This document shows positions 26,192 to 45,247 of a stretch of DNA of 64,000 bases, piece by piece. The stretch is taken from assembly GCA_964016885.1 (NCBI GenBank), contig OZ024741.1:140616001-140680000 (forward strand). The letters are read 5' to 3'. This DNA is from Eledone cirrhosa (lineage: Eukaryota). The position numbers and the translations under genes are program-made. The notes beneath the pieces are model-generated. The model was not told where the DNA came from. It was given only the letters and a program-made list of their open reading frames with translations, and ran no database searches. Numbering within the stretch: the first letter of the stretch is position 1; the number at the start of each line of letters is the position of its first letter.

Positions 26192-28026
26192 TCAATTTCC
26201 ATGCTGGTTGGGGATGGGTTGTTGGGTGGGGTGGTGGTTTGTGGAAGTGAAGGGGCATCGGTGTGTTGTGGGGTTGGGGTGTTTGTGGTTGAGTGGGTGT
26301 CTGGGTGGGGTGGGGGTTAAGGGGGGGGTGAACTTTTTTAGGAGGACGCGGTTGATTGGTTTGGCGCAGGGGGGGCCCACGTCCTCCGTGAAATTTATTT
26401 TCAGTGTTTTGTACAAGTGCATTGGGACTTTTATCATTTTTAAATGAGGTAGTCCCACAGCAGTTTTAAAGTTAGGCCCTTCGGTTTGGACCGAAGGGTT
26501 TGCTGAAATTGTTTTCCGTAATTCTTTGTTGTCTGTGTTCATGTATGTATATTGTAAGGTCTTTTCTTGTGTAGCAGATAGTGTTGTGTGACAGGGAGGG
26601 GTGGTTTGTGTGTAGTTTGTGTTCTCTTGGGGAGGGTTAAAGTTAACATGTGTGTCTGTGGTGCGTCTCCTCTTCTTTCTTTTTACTTGTTGGAAGGGAT
26701 CTTTTTCGTCTTGCGACGAAAGGGGTTCGTCTTCCTTGTTGGGTGGGAGGGGTATGTTTTCTGGTAGTGTTTGCGGTGTGTGTGTTTTTGTATTTGTTTT
26801 GGGTGGGGAGTGATTGGGTGGGACGGTATTCTGTGTTATTTTTTCACGTGTTTGTTGTTGTTGTTGTGGTGGTGGTGGTGGTGGTGGTGGGGTTGTTGGT
26901 TTTTGTTGTTGTTGTTGTGGTTGTTTTTTGTTGTTGTTGTTGGGGTGGTGTTGGTGTTGGTAGCAGTGTTTTTTTCTGTGTGAGCTGGGGACAGGCAGCC
27001 CTCAGGTGACCTCTATTGCCACAGAGGTAACAGGAGGCACGCCTACCCTCCACAATAATGTTGAGGTGGGTACGGTCATCCAGCATGACGCGCTCAGGGA
27101 TTTGGGCGATGCGTTCTGGCCTTATTTGGGTCAGAACTTCGATGCTCGTTCCACTGAACGCGTCGCCGGATGCCATCCCTATTGAAATGAGGTTGTCCTC
27201 GTCTAAATTGAGGAAGCCGGTTAGTAACCACCAGTAGTTTATGTTTGGGGTGATGGTGGTTATCCATATCCTCTGGGTTTTTTTTACCCATGTAGGTGGG
27301 AAAGAAGGTGTAGTGTGTGGACCGAATTGGCGACACAGAGTATTTTTTCGCCGCCAATTCGTCTTTCATCAATATGGATAAACACCCATAGAGTTTATCC
27401 TTTTGTATAAAAGTGATGTCTCTCATCGCCTCTTTCAAGACTAACTGAATTTCGGCTTGAGATGGTTGCGCTGGTTTTTTTGTTTTATTTAAAATTGTTC
27501 GGAATACGACAGTTCGTAATTCCGTCTAGTTTTTTAGTTCTGGAGGCGAATGTATAGAAAACGAACCGTTTTCGCCAAAAGATACATATTTCTTGGCTTT
27601 TTCCAGCATTTCTTTTGCTTTTGAAATATCTTCAAGCACATACGCGACTGATAATTTAGCCGTTTGTGCAAAAGATATTTTGTTTTCGCTTTGGATTTTA
27701 GTATTGTTTTGTTTCTCGTCGTTTGAGTTGTTTTCATCTTTGTTGTTGTTATTGTCTTTCTCGTTTGGTGTGTGGATACTTGTGACGTTTGTGTTGTTGT
27801 TGTTTTTGTTGTCTTTATTGTTGCTGTTGTTGTCGTTGTTGTTGTTGTTGTTTTCAAATTCTTGTGTAGTTGTGGCTACATCTAGTGGTCGGTCAACAGG
27901 TGAAGACAATTCTTCCTCTCTCTGACCTCTGCCTTTGGCATCTGCTGCTGTGACAGCGACAGGGGGAAGCTGTGAGTAGGACTTCCCCTTTCCTTCTTTG
28001 ATTGATGGTGAAGATGTTTCAGCCAT
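26192..28026 (-). pseudogene. ORF1 of copy A (gag-like, CCHC zinc knuckle, Asn/Thr-rich low complexity), broken into several frames
   Basis: Pieces 27526-28035, 27094-27438, 26844-27176 (CYLCGNRGHLRAAC) and 26192-26542. Confidence 0.8.
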
Positions 28027-28283
28027 TTTTCTCAAAATAGGGTTTTTCGAAGTTTTTCGAAAGATAAAATGTTCACAATACTATTTCGCCCAAAGGCGCA
28101 GAATATTTTGAGAGACCGACCAGATCAAAATTTGACCTGGCAGTCCCTCTACAAAATGGTACAAAAATGAAAGTTTACAGTTTACAATTTCCGTATGATT
28201 TAAACAAAAACTTACCGAGCGAGCTCAGCACATGTGTCCATCGTAAAGAGAGATAGATAGATGGATAGATTAATAGATAGATA

Positions 28284-31200
28284 TGTTTCTTTTATTTGCC
28301 ACCAGGGCATCAAAAGTGGGACAAGTACAATGGGGGGGGGGGGTACAAAACAAGGCGTACTCAATAAGGAGGAGGCAATAACAATATATAAAAATAAAAT
28401 AAAATATAACAAAAAATAAAATTTATAACAAAGTCCTCAATAGAGAGGAGGCGCCTTGGGGGGTCGCACACACCCCCGAAAAAAAGTGTGCAACCCTTTT
28501 CCTCGGGAGCACAGATAAGGGGTGCTCCCTTGGTATTTCATCTTCCTCACCTATAGTCTGTTGTAGAGTGAAGGCCCATTCACACGGGCCATTCTCGCCA
28601 CTTTCACCCATCTTTCATAAAAACGGCTGGGGTGCAGCACCTCTCTCTCCATCCTGATCCTTCTTCCGAAATGATATCGGAAGAAACGGACCAGTTGTTG
28701 GCCAGAGAGAAAGGTGTCTGACCCCAGTCCTTTCAGACGCGTCCACCATACAACCTCTTTCGCCATGGCTATTACGCACAAAAACACCGCCTCTTCTTCG
28801 TTTTTGAAAAGGGGAGGCGGCTTGATCGTTACAATAGACTCGGTGGTCAACCGGATCGGTCCCACCCTTGACAGCAGTTGTTCGACATAGCCCCACAGAT
28901 CGGCAATGCCCGAGCAGTGTACCAATGTGTGTGCAACGGTTTCCTCGTCGCACACGCATCTGGGACAGATCTTTTTCGAGGGGTCCCTACCCGGGCGCCC
29001 GTGTCTGTAGAGCCTTTCTCGAACGGGCAGAGCTCTTCTGTAGCATTGCCAGGCCAGGGATCTCTGGAAGTTATCCATGGGTCCCGGGATGAATGTCCTA
29101 TCGAACAGGTTGGCCAGTTCGTCTTCCTCCATGCCTAGGGCTTCTCCGAGGGCGTCGTCGCACCTGTTAACCACCAGCCCTCTATAGAATGACGAGGTGG
29201 ATTCTCCACTGACAGCCGGAGCCGCCTGCCAGAGAGCCGTGAACGCCTGGGCACACTCGGTGTGCCAGGCGCCCAGTTTTCTCGGTCTTTGCTTGACCCA
29301 GGATTGCAGCTCGGTGAGTGAGACGAGTCTGGGAAAGGCTCGCCTCACAAACGAGGCCCACACCGGTTGACCGGAGAGGAATACCTGAAGGTGCCGTAGC
29401 CTTAATGCGTGTTTACGTATCATTAGCCACGGCATCCCCAGCTCTCCTTTCGAAGGGTGTTGACAGCAGATGGATCTCCTCACCATAGGAGCCCGCTTCT
29501 TCCAAAGGAATTGGAAGAGTGCGCGCTCCATTTTGGCGAGCGTTTCCCTTGGGCAAGGCACAACGGTCAGGCGGTAGTAGATGACGGACGCTATATAAGT
29601 GTTCGCCACCTCCGCCCGACCTTTCAGGGACAGTTTGCACTCGGCCCACTTCTGGGTCAGTGCAAACACCATGTTCGTTATCTCACCCCAGTTCTTCTCC
29701 ACCTGGAGGTCTGGTCCGAACCAAACCCTGAGCAACTTCACCGGGCCCTCCGTCCAGTGCCCGACGACGCCATCAGAGGGCATCGATCTGCCCCTCCACG
29801 TGCCGAGTTGCAGACCGATCGACTTGTCCCGGTTCAGCTTAGCCCCTGTACACCTTTTGTACTCCTCCAGTAAGGTGCCGATCGCCCCGATTTCCGAGGC
29901 TGTCGACACCATTACTGTTATGTCATCGGCGTAGGCTGATACCGCTTTCCGCAATCCCGGTTCCAACGGGATGCCCTGCAACAATTCCAACTTCCGCAGC
30001 AGTGGCTCTAGAGTCATTACATACAGAAGGGAGGAGAGAAGGTACCCCTGTCGGTTGGACGCGCGATTTCGAATGGCTCCGAGAGGTAGCCGTTCACCTT
30101 GACCCTAGAGCAGATGCTGCTGCTGTGCATGGCATTGATCCAGCCCCTGAAAACGGGTCCGAAGCTGCCGCCGCTAGCACCGCATCCAGGTAACCATGGT
30201 CGACCCTATCGAATGCCTTAGATTGATCCAAGTTGATCAGGGCCCCACCAAAGCCCGCTTCATTCCCAACCCTCTCTATGATGTATCGCATGAGGTGGAG
30301 GTTGTCGTGGATGGACCTGGACGGGATAGCACATGTCTGCGTATCTCCCACCAGGTTACCCACGACAAGCGCCAACTTCTTTGCTAGCACCTTGGCCAAA
30401 ATCTGTAACTCTGTATTTAGCAGAGTTATGGGCCTGAAATTATTAATATCATCCCCTTTGTTCTCGTCCTTCCTCACTAGCGTGACTACGCCCTTGGTCA
30501 TAGCACAGGTAATTCTTCCGTTTTGTTGCCAGTTGCAGTAGACCGCCTCGAGGAGATCGGGGAACAAGTCCGGCATAGCTAGATATAATTCGTAAGGAAG
30601 ACCATCGAGACCCGGGGATTTGCGATTGCCGTATTGGCTCAGCACGTCCTCTATCTCAGCGGCTGAAATTGGCTCATCGAAGGACTTCGCCTCCCTGTCC
30701 GAGAGACGCGGCAGGCCGTCGATGTATGGACCGAAGTCCACATCCCCAACCGGCTCCCCGCCCCTTCCGAACAATCCGGCAAAGTGCTTTTGAAAAGCCT
30801 CGCACATCTGCTTAGGTTCAAGGATCACCCGTCCATCCCGGTCTCGCAAAGACCGGATAGTGGATCTGCTCCCTCTTATGGCTTCTGTCACGTGGGCCCA
30901 GCTAACAGCTTTGGTCCTCTCGTTTCCCAGAGCAAGTATTTTGCTTCGGACGATGCAGCCTTCGTGTTTCGCGTCGAAGAACTGGCCCAGGGCCGTTCTC
31001 GACGTTAGCACTCTGGCCACGTCGCCGCTTCTAATTGCCTCTTCAACACTATCTACCCACTCCCTTTCCTTCCTATTTCTATTTGAGGCTAACTCCTTAC
31101 TAAATTCTATAGAGACTACTCTAATCTCTCTTTTGAGAGATCCCCACCACCTGCTGTTGACGATGGCGCCCGTCAACCGCTCCTTAACTAAAGTGCTAAT

Positions 31201-32436
31201 CCGGTCCCTGTAAGCCTTACTTGCCGGTAAGGACAAGTTAAGCTTCCAGTAACCGGGTCCCTGTCTATGAGTTCTGTCAAGGTTGACTATGCAGGTCACT
31301 GACTTGTGGTCTGAATAGCCAACCATGCGCATTTTTGGACAACTTAAAAAGTCCTTATACTTAATTCTAACTAAGAACCTATCTAGGTACGACCTAGATG
31401 ATCCGCTACGATTTGCCCAAGTCCAGGTTGGCGCAGTCGGAAAATCTAGTCGATATCTATCGGCCAGGTCAAATCGACCGATTAACCCTTTGAGGCTATT
31501 ACACCCCTCTCTATCGGGACAGGCCCCTACGTAGTCCCAGCGTGCATCTAGGATACCATTCCAGTCCCCCACTAATAGCAAGGAGCGGGACGTCCCTACA
31601 AAAGTCTCCAGACGATGGAAGAAGTCCGGCCGCATTGACCCGAAAGGGCCGTAGGCGGCTACCAACTTAAACGCTCCGCCTTTACCACTGCCAAAGTCCA
31701 GAACCACTAGTCGACCCTCCGGGTCCAAATGTACCATCTGTGTTGCGAGACCCAGATGTTTTTGCAGCAGAACGACAACCCCACCCCCACCTCCGGGCTG
31801 ACAGAGTGATGCGTACATCTCAAAGTCATCAAAGGTGGGGGCCAGCTGTCGCACGTTGCTGATCCGGGCCTCGCAAATAACCATCACATCTATACGTTGT
31901 GACCTGAGGTCATTTAGAAGCATTGCTTGCTTCCAAGTTGAGCCCAGACCACGCGCATTTAAACAGCCTACTCTTAGCATGGCCATGTTGGTGGTGAAGA
32001 GAAAAGGCACTTACCTCTCTGCGTCCCGGGTATCGGGCTGCACAATTTCCATTAGGGTGGGGGTGGGTTGTCGCGTGGGGTGGTTGTTTGTGGAGGTGTA
32101 GGGGCATCAGTGTGTTGTGTGGTTGGGGAGTTTGGAGTTGTGTGGGTGTTTGGGAAGCGGGTGGGGTAGTTTTTTAGGATGTCGCCGTTAATGGGGCCGA
32201 CGCAGGGGGGACCCACGTCCTCTTTAAAGTTGTTTTTTAAAGTTTTATAGGTGTCCTGTGGGGCCTTAATCATTTTGAGGTGGGGGAAATCCCCTTCCTG
32301 CGTGAAGTTAGGCCCTTGGGTTTTTATTAGATAGTTGTTGTACACAATGTTTAACAGTTTTTTGTTTCATGTGTTTATGTATGTGTATGCATGTTTTTGT
32401 TTTTGTGTGGTGTTTTTTGTTTGCTGTTGTTGTGAT
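28284..32436 (-). mobile_element. Tx1/L1-clade copy B, close relative of A, 5'-truncated within ORF1
   Basis: 3' UTR and ORF2 are colinear with A. The tail is (GATA)-like at 28250-28283. The copy ends at the (GATA)n tail of copy C. Confidence 0.92.
28551..31986 (-). pseudogene. ORF2 of copy B (APE + RT), frameshifted near 30160
   Basis: ORFs 30094-32010 and 28551-30017; motifs YADD and CPRCVCDEETVAHTLVHC. Confidence 0.9.
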
Positions 32437-32443
32437 TAGATTA

Positions 32444-32537
<94 letters not shown>
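32437..32537. repeat. (GATA)n microsatellite, 3' tail of copy C
   Basis: Seen directly; followed by TTTATT (AATAAA on the minus strand). Confidence 0.95.
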
Positions 32538-37274
<4,737 letters not shown>

Positions 37275-37305
37275 AAATAATAATAAATAATAATAATAAT
37301 AATAA

Positions 37306-40300
37306 TGATTTCATTATTGGCCACAAGGGCTGACATCAAGAAAAACATTACAGACGGCACAGGACGGCACGATGTGGGTCTTGTGCGTGTAAAGATTTTT
37401 ATTATTTATATAAGAAAGGAAAAAAAAGACATAGAAACATATATATATAAACAATAAAAATGAAAATTGAAACAATAAAAAATTCCCCAATAGGGGGGGA
37501 AACTCCGAGAGTTACTCGTGGCGAAAACCACACAAAAGACCACGGCCACCCTGACCACCAGGGCAAACGCCCTTTCTCAATTTTTCCATTTCTCAAACTA
37601 CAGGCGTATATTCAGAGCAGTCCCGTTCACTCGGACCATTCTCGCTATAGTCACCCACCTTTCAACAAACTTGCTAGAAGGCAGCACTTGCCTATCCACC
37701 CTGATTTTCCTCTTCAAGTGAAACTTGAAAAAGTTAATTAGGGATTCGCCGAAGAGGAAAGTATCTGTATTTAACCCTTTCAACCTTGTCCACCACACAA
37801 TCTCTTTCGCCATGGCCACCAGGCAGATGAAAACCGCCTGACCTTCCTCCTCGAAAGAAGACGGCTAAACCATCTGCACAATGGACTCAGTCAATAACCG
37901 GATCAGTCCTACACTCAACAGCAACTGTTCGACATAGCTCCACAAGTCAGCAATGCTCGAGCACTGAACGAGTGCGTGCATGGTGGTTTCGTCGCTCTGC
38001 GCGCATCTCGGACAGGCTCGGCTGACGGCACTTCCGTGCCTGTAGAGCTTATCTCGAACCGGCAGAGCTCCCCGGTAGCACTGCCAGGCCAGGGATTTTT
38101 GTAAGTTATCCATAGGCCCTGGGCTAAAAGTTCTCCGGAAGAGAGCAAACAGCTGATCTTGTTCGACGCCCAGGATCACTCCGAGAACGTCGTCGCTCTT
38201 CCCCTCCACTAGTCCTCTATAGAACGCCGAGGTGGATGTTCCACCGATATTGGTGCCCAGCTAAAAGAGGACAGTCAGCTTTTCGCAACACTGTGCTGCG
38301 GTCGTCGAGAGCCGAGGCAGACCGTCGAAGTATGCACTGAAGTCCATACCCCGATCCGGCGCGCCGCTAGTCCCGAACAGTTCAGCAAAGTGCTGCTGAA
38401 AAGCTTCACACATCTGCTCGGGTTCGAGCAACACGTGCCCGTTTTGGTCAGATAAAGACCGAATTGTGGCTTTGTTTCCACGTCGCGCCTCTGCCACCCG
38501 GGCCCATTGAACGGCTTTTGTCGCCTCGTGTTTCAGAGAAACGCGCTCTAGCTCTGACAGCACAGCTTTGTGTTTTGCGTTGAAGAATTGGTCGAGTGCC
38601 AATCTCGCCGCAAGCACGTCGGTTGTGATGCCTGTCCTAACGCCTCTTCTAGCTTTCTGACTAGCTCTCCCTCTACTTTATTTTCCTCTATCATTAGTCC
38701 TTTGCTAAACCTAATCGGCTCTACTTTAATAGCCCTTTTCAGGGCGAACCACCACCTGTTGTTGACTACCGCTCCCGTCAACGCCCGCTTAACTAATACG
38801 CTAATCCGGTTTCTGTAGGCTTTGCGCGCCGGGAAAGACGCGTTCAGCTTCCAGTAACCGGGTCCTTGTCTATGAAGTCTGTCTATGTCGATCTCACAGA
38901 TCACAAATTTGTGGTCTGTGTAGTCGACTATTTTCAATTGTGGACAACTTATACTGGCCTTATCTAGTTATCTGCAGAATACCCTATCGAGATACGATTT
39001 GGATGATCCGATACGGTTTGTCCATGTCCACATTGGCACATACGGGTGATCCAGTCGATACCTGTCAGACAGTTCAAAATGTTTGAGCAGGTTGGTGAAG
39101 CTGTTGCACTCTTCTCCCCTATCCACTAGCCCCACACAATCCCAGCGTGCATCCACGATACCGTTCCAGTCGCCCACTAACACTAAAGAAATGTCTCTAG
39201 ACGTTTAAAGAAATCTTGCCGTCCAGTCCCTGTCGGGGCATAGACGGCTACTAGCCTGAAAGCGTTGCCTTCGGTTCCGCTTACGTCCAGCACCACCGAC
39301 TTACCTTCTGAATCCAGAAAGATTGTCCGTATGGCGAGACCCAAGCCTTTCCGAAACAACACAGCCACTCCGCCCTCCGCTCCCGGACGGCTCGGAGATG
39401 CATACACCTCGTAACCGCCGAAGATCGGTGCGAAAGCTTGTGTTTCGGAGATTCTCGTCTCGCTGATGTCCACCACATCTATGTTTAGTGACCTGAGTTC
39501 GTTAAGCAATTGACCCTGCTTCCAAACCGATCTCACGCCACGCCCGTTTACACTTCCGATCCTGAATACGGCCATGTTGGGTGAGGAACGGGGCAAGTGA
39601 GAAAGGATCACTTACCTTGATCGTCTGGTGAAGGGACCGTTGAATCGTCCCTTCTACTGGTGGTCGGCTCTTCTGTGAGTATATCCGAGTATATTCTCCG
39701 GTTGAGTGTCCCTCCGATGTCTCTGAAATCACCAACTGCGTTGGGGCATTTCATTTTAATGTTTGTGTATTGTTTCTGTGATATTCTTTACCGGTCTTAT
39801 GTTCGTTGGTGTTTTGATTGGTGCTGGTATTATGTAGTCGTGCTGTGAAATGTTTGTGTTCAATTATATAAGTCATTAGTTTCTTGTGTGTATTTATTGC
39901 TGTGCATTTCTTTATCTTGGGGTGGAGTGTGGTTCTGCTATTTTCTTGTCGTTGTTGCTGGGTGTGTGTGTTTTGTTGGTGTGTTTGCGATGTTGTTGCT
40001 TGTGGTGGTGTTGTTGAAGGTGTTGTTGTTGTTGGCGGTGGGGGTGCCGTCGGTGGTGATGGTAGTGCTGGTGTGGGTGGTTATGGTGTTGGTGTTGTTG
40101 CTGCTGTAAGTCTATTTGCAGTAACCTTTACCCTTTTTTCATTTCTTCCCTCCCTTTTCGAAGGCAACGATGCGCTGCTTCTGCATTTGTGCCTTCTTGC
40201 AACCTTTTGCCATCCGTCTCCCACCTCACACTCTATGTCTGATTCTGTGAGGTCGGGGAGGGGTACCAGTTCCATTCCTTCACTTGTTCTTGTTGGTGAA

Positions 40301-41273
40301 GGTTGCAGTGGAGTCTCTGTTGCAGCTGAAGTTGGTATTACTGTTGTTGTTGTTAATACTTCCACTGCTGCTGCTGTTCTTGATTTCCGTGGCGTGGGTA
40401 TGGGTGCCACGGACCTATCCTTCCTGCTTGCCGCTTGTCCTCTTGCTGGTAGCAGTGGAGCCGGTTTCGGAAGGAGGGGGGTGTTCTCCTTTCTCAGGGT
40501 CTTCTCATTGCAGAAGGCCCTGAGGTGAGTCTTCAACCCACAGCGAAAGCATTTCTGGCGTTTGCCCTCAACACTTATGGGATGTTGAGTACCGTTATCG
40601 AAGTCTATCACATCCGGGATAGCTTCGATGCACTCCTGGTTGGTTTGTATGAACATCTCAATGGAGGCGCCGACCCAATCTTCTCGTACATTTTTCTGTA
40701 CTTGCAGTACAGTTGTTTTGTCCTCGATTCCCACGAGGAGAGACGCGGCCAGCCAAGAAGGGGCCATCCGGGGGAGGGGGGCTGTGTCAGTTTGACCCTC
40801 ACATTTGTTTGCCCACAGTAGGAGGGCACCAACACCATTTCCTCGCTCCTTAGGGTTACTAAGGATTGAGCATTTGCCTCCTGGGGTGTGGCAAAAAGCA
40901 CGTCCACGGTGGCATATTTCTTGCCTCGGGTGATATGCGATTTCCGCTGCCACACAGACCCTAAGGCTTTTTGTATTTGAGCCTCTGTAGCTCTTTCAAC
41001 CCTACGTGATTTTTTGCTTACTGTACGGTACGTGACCGTACAGTGCCGTGTGTTTCGAAAAATTCTTCGGCTGCCTTGCAGATTGTTCAGTGTCCGGTTT
41101 TCGCCACCATCTTCTTTGCTTCCTATAATTCCTCATTTGTTATAAGGATGGTTTCCAGGTTCTTTGCGATACCTGCAAACGAGATTGTTTTTTCTTTCTT
41201 GTTGTTGTTGTCGTCAGAGCTGCTGTTACTAAGACCGCCGCGGCCGGTGTTGCTGTTGTTGGTGTTGTTGTTA

Positions 41274-41318
<45 letters not shown>

Positions 41319-41905
41319 TTGTTTATGCTGCTGTTGATCTTGTTGCGGTTGCTACTAGTATTTTCCTAGCCACTGTTGCTGCTGTTGCTGTTATTACGGC
41401 TGCTGCTGCTATTCTTCATGACTTCAGACGAATGAAATGGCTTTCCGTATTTCCCGCACACATATTTCCTTGTTGAGGAGATATGTACCACGGTACGCGC
41501 GTTCTCTTGATGAAGAAAGCTACGAGAAACTACATTTTTCTTTTTCATTAATGGCGTCGCTTGCGAAAGAGGCGACAGAGGCGACACCACATTTAGAGAA
41601 GGGAGGGAGAGAGACAATCTTTTCTCTGACGTAATGACGATTGGGGAAGAAGAAGACAGAAGGAGTGGGAGTGACTTGTGAAAATTCTTTTTTGTAACCA
41701 TGTTTTTTTACGGTTTAAAATGAATATTGGGCACAAATCCCCAATAACTGGTATTTAACCAAGTAACGGGCAGAAAGACCCAGCTCACAAGGAGGAGGGT
41801 GTTTTTATCTACAATTTGGTTCAAGTTTTAAACAATTTACAATTGATGTAACGGTTAAAAATTACAATACCTTACAGGGCCGAGCCTCCGTCAACCATGG
41901 CATTC
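37306..41905 (-). mobile_element. Tx1/L1-clade copy D, both ends present, RT domain deleted at ~38279; (TAA)n tail at 37276-37305
   Basis: ORF1 knuckle CFRCGLKTHLRAFC, ORF2 ATG at 39575 and APE motifs. The sequence jumps from the pre-RT ...QCCEK directly to C-terminal ...TSTSAFYRGL. Confidence 0.88.
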
Positions 41906-41938
<33 letters not shown>

Positions 41939-41939
<1 letters not shown>

Positions 41940-44900
41940 CTTTCTTTATTGGCCACAAGGGCTAACACGAAGAAAAATATTAGAGACGGCACAGAACAGT
42001 ACGGGACGATACAAAGTGGGTTTTGGTCGTGTAAACAGGTTATAACAGAATCGGGCTAGAAATCACAAGAATTCAAGCAACAAAAATTCCCCAAGAAGGG
42101 GGAAACCTCCGAGGGTCACTCCTGGTGAAAACCACACAGAGGAGCACGGCCACCCTGACCACCAGGGCAACCGCCCTCTCTCACTTTTCCCACTCCTCAG
42201 TCTACAAGAGCATACTCAGAGCGGGCTCGTTCACTCGGATCAGACTCACCACTTTCACCCACCTTTCAACAAACTTACTAGAAGACAACACTTGCCTCTC
42301 CACCATGATTTTCCTCTTCAAGTGAAACTTGAAAAGGTTAATCAGGGATTGGCCGGAGTGGAAAGTGTCCGTCTTCAACCCTTTCAACCTTGTCCACCAC
42401 ACAATCTTTTTCGCCATTGACACCAGGCAGATGAAAACTGCCTGCGCTTCCTCCTCTTTAAAGGGGGAAGGCGGGGCTATCTGCACAATGGACTCAGTCG
42501 ATAACCGGATCCATCTTGCGCGCAACAGCAGCTGTTCGACATAGCTCTACAAGTCAGCATTCCTCGGGCACTGAACGACTGTGTGCAGGACGAACCGGCA
42601 ACGCTCCCCGGTAGCACTGCCAGGCCAAGGATTTCTGGAAGTTGTCCATAGGTCCCGGTCTGAAAGTCCTCTTGAAAAGAGCGAACAGCTGATGTTGTTC
42701 GACGCCCAGGGTCTCCCCGAGTACATCGTCGCTCTTCCCCTCCACTAGCCCTCTATAGAACGCCGAGGTGGATGTTCCACCGATACTAGTGCCCAGCTGG
42801 TAGAGGGTGGTGAGCGCAGGGAGACATTCCAGCTTCCAAGCAGCATCCCTCGGTCTTTTTCTGATCCAGGACTGCAGCTCCGTCAAGGAGACGAGCTGGG
42901 GAAAAGCGCGTCTGGCAAACCGCGACCATATCTGTTCACCGTCAAGGAAGCACCAGAGATGTTGCAGCCTCAGCGCGGGCTTGCGCATCATCAGCCACGG
43001 TATGCCTAGTCCTCCACACAACGAGTGTTGAAAAATGGATCGGCTAACCATGGGAGCACGTCCCTTCCACAAAAAGCGGAAGAGAAGCCGCTCCATTTTG
43101 GTCAGAGTTGGGCGAGGGCAAGGAACGACGGTCAGGTGGTAGCAGATGACGGACGCAATGTACGAATCCGCCACCTCCCTCCGACCTTTCAGAGACAGCC
43201 TCCTCTCGGCCCATTTCTTGGTGAGAGAGGCCACCATGCTCAACACCTCGCTCCAGTTTTTTGTCCATCCGAACCAGACCCCGAGCAATTTAATCAGTCC
43301 TTCCGTCCAGCGCCTCACGACGCTGTCGAACGGCATCGAATTGCCGCTCCAGGTGCCGAGTTACAAGCTCACCAACTTTTCCTGGTTTATATTTGCTCCT
43401 GTCACTGTTTCGTATTCATTGAGAGCGGTGCCGAGCATCGGGACGTGTTTGGTGTTCGACAGCACCACAGTGACATCGTCGGCGTAAGCTGACACGGATC
43501 TCCCGCATCCTAGCTCGCATGGGACCCCCTCATCGTCGCCAATTTGTGCAGTAACGGCTCTAGGGCCAGTGCGTACAAGAGGAACGAAAGGGCGAAAACC
43601 TGGCGAACCGAGCGCATGATCCTGAAAAGCTGAGACAAATGATATTTCACCCTCACAATTGAGCAGATGTCGCTGTGTATTGCAGAGATCCAGCCCCTAA
43701 AAACGGGCCCGAAGCCGACCGCCTCGAGGACCGCAGCCAGGTACCGATGGCCGACCCTATCAAATGCTTTAGATCGATCCAAGTTGATCAGGGCCCCATC
43801 TGTGCCAGGTTCCTTAACAACCATCTTTATGATGTATCGCATTAGATGGAGGTTGTCGTGGATGGAGCTATCCCGAATGGCGCATGTCTGCGCCTCTCCC
43901 ACCAGATCACCGACGACAAGCGCCATTCTCTTTGCTAACACCTGGGCCAAAATCTTAAACTCTGCGTTTAGCAGAGTTATTGGCCTGAAGTTCTCTATAA
44001 TGTCCCCCTTGGTCGGGTTTTTTCTCAGCAGCGCCACCGCTCCGCGGCTCACACAACTGGGTATGCTCCAGTTCTGCTGCCAGTTGTAGTAGACATCTGC
44101 CAAGATGTCACCGAACAAGGCTGGCATATGCGCATAAAGCTCGTAGGGCAGATCATCCAAACTTGGCGATTTACCCCTTGTGCAGTCAGACATCGCGCCC
44201 CCGTATTTCCCCTGCTATTATCGGCTTTTCGCAGCACTGCGCGGCGGTCGTCGATAGCAGCGGCAGTCCATCGTGGTATGCACCGTGTCCATACTCCGAT
44301 CGGCCCGCCGCCGCTCCAGAACAATTGAGCAAAGTACTGTTGAAAAGCCGCACACATCTGCTCGAGTTCGAGCAACATGCGCCCGTTTTGATGAGGGAAA
44401 GACCGAATTGTGGACTTTTTGCCCCGTCACGCACAACCACCCGGGCCATTGAACGGCTTTCGTCCCCTCGTGTCTTAGAGCTCACGCTCTAGCTATGACA
44501 ACGCAGCCTTCATGTTTTGCGTTGAAGAATTGGCCAATCTCGCAGCAAGCACGTTGGTTGAGATGCCTGTCCTAAACGCCTCTTATAGCTTTCTAACTAA
44601 CTCTCACTCTACTCTATTTTCGTCTATCACTACTCCTTTGCTAAACCTTATCGATTCTACTCTAATAGCCCTTTTCAGGGTAAACCACCACTTGTTGTAA
44701 CGCACGCTTAACTAATTCGCTAATCCGGTCTCTGTAAGCTTTGCGCGCCGGGAACGAGCCGTTCAGCTTCCAGTAGCCGGGCCCTTGCCTATGGAGTCTA
44801 TCTAAGTCAACTTCAAAGATCACAAATGTGTGGTCCGTGTAGTCGACTATTTAAATTGTGGACAACCTACACCAGCCTTATCTGTTTCCCTACAGAATAC

Positions 44901-45247
44901 CCTATCTAAATACGATCTGGGTGACCCGAAGAAATTTGTCCATGTCCACATTGGCACATTCGAATAATCCAGTCTATACCTGTCAGACAGTTCAAAACGT
45001 CTGAGCAGGCTGTTGAAGCTTTTACACCCTCCTGTCCTGTCTACTAGCTCCACATAATCCCAGCGGGCATCTAAGATACCGTTCCAGTAGCCCACTAACA
45101 CTAAAGAGCGGGACGTTCCAATAAAGGTCTCTAGACGTCTGAAGAAATCTGGCCGTCCTACACCAGTTGGGACGTAGACCGCTACTAGCCTGAAAGCATT
45201 CCCTTCGCTGCCAGTCACGTCCAGCACCACCGACTTACTTTCTGGGT
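41939..45247 (-). mobile_element. Tx1/L1-clade copy E, related to D, 5'-truncated within the APE domain; (TAA)n tail at 41906-41938
   Basis: Motifs NFRPITLLN, LDRSKAFDRV, SAYADD (43475-43495), GPMDNFQKSLAWQCYRG and SYLDRVFC; several frameshifts. Confidence 0.88.

Larger units (their letters stand above)
22437..28247 (-). mobile_element. Tx1/L1-clade non-LTR retrotransposon copy A, apparently full length (~5.8 kb), with (TATC)n tail at 22317-22436
   Basis: ORF1 with a CCHC knuckle, ORF2 with APE endonuclease, RT and C-terminal Cys/His motif, and AATAAA just before the microsatellite tail. Confidence 0.92.

Noticed and set aside
28205-28250. Short leader plus GTAAG as a spliced-leader or snRNA target gene
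   Set aside because: The three leaders differ in sequence and there is no consistent Sm site, whereas SL exons should be near-identical.
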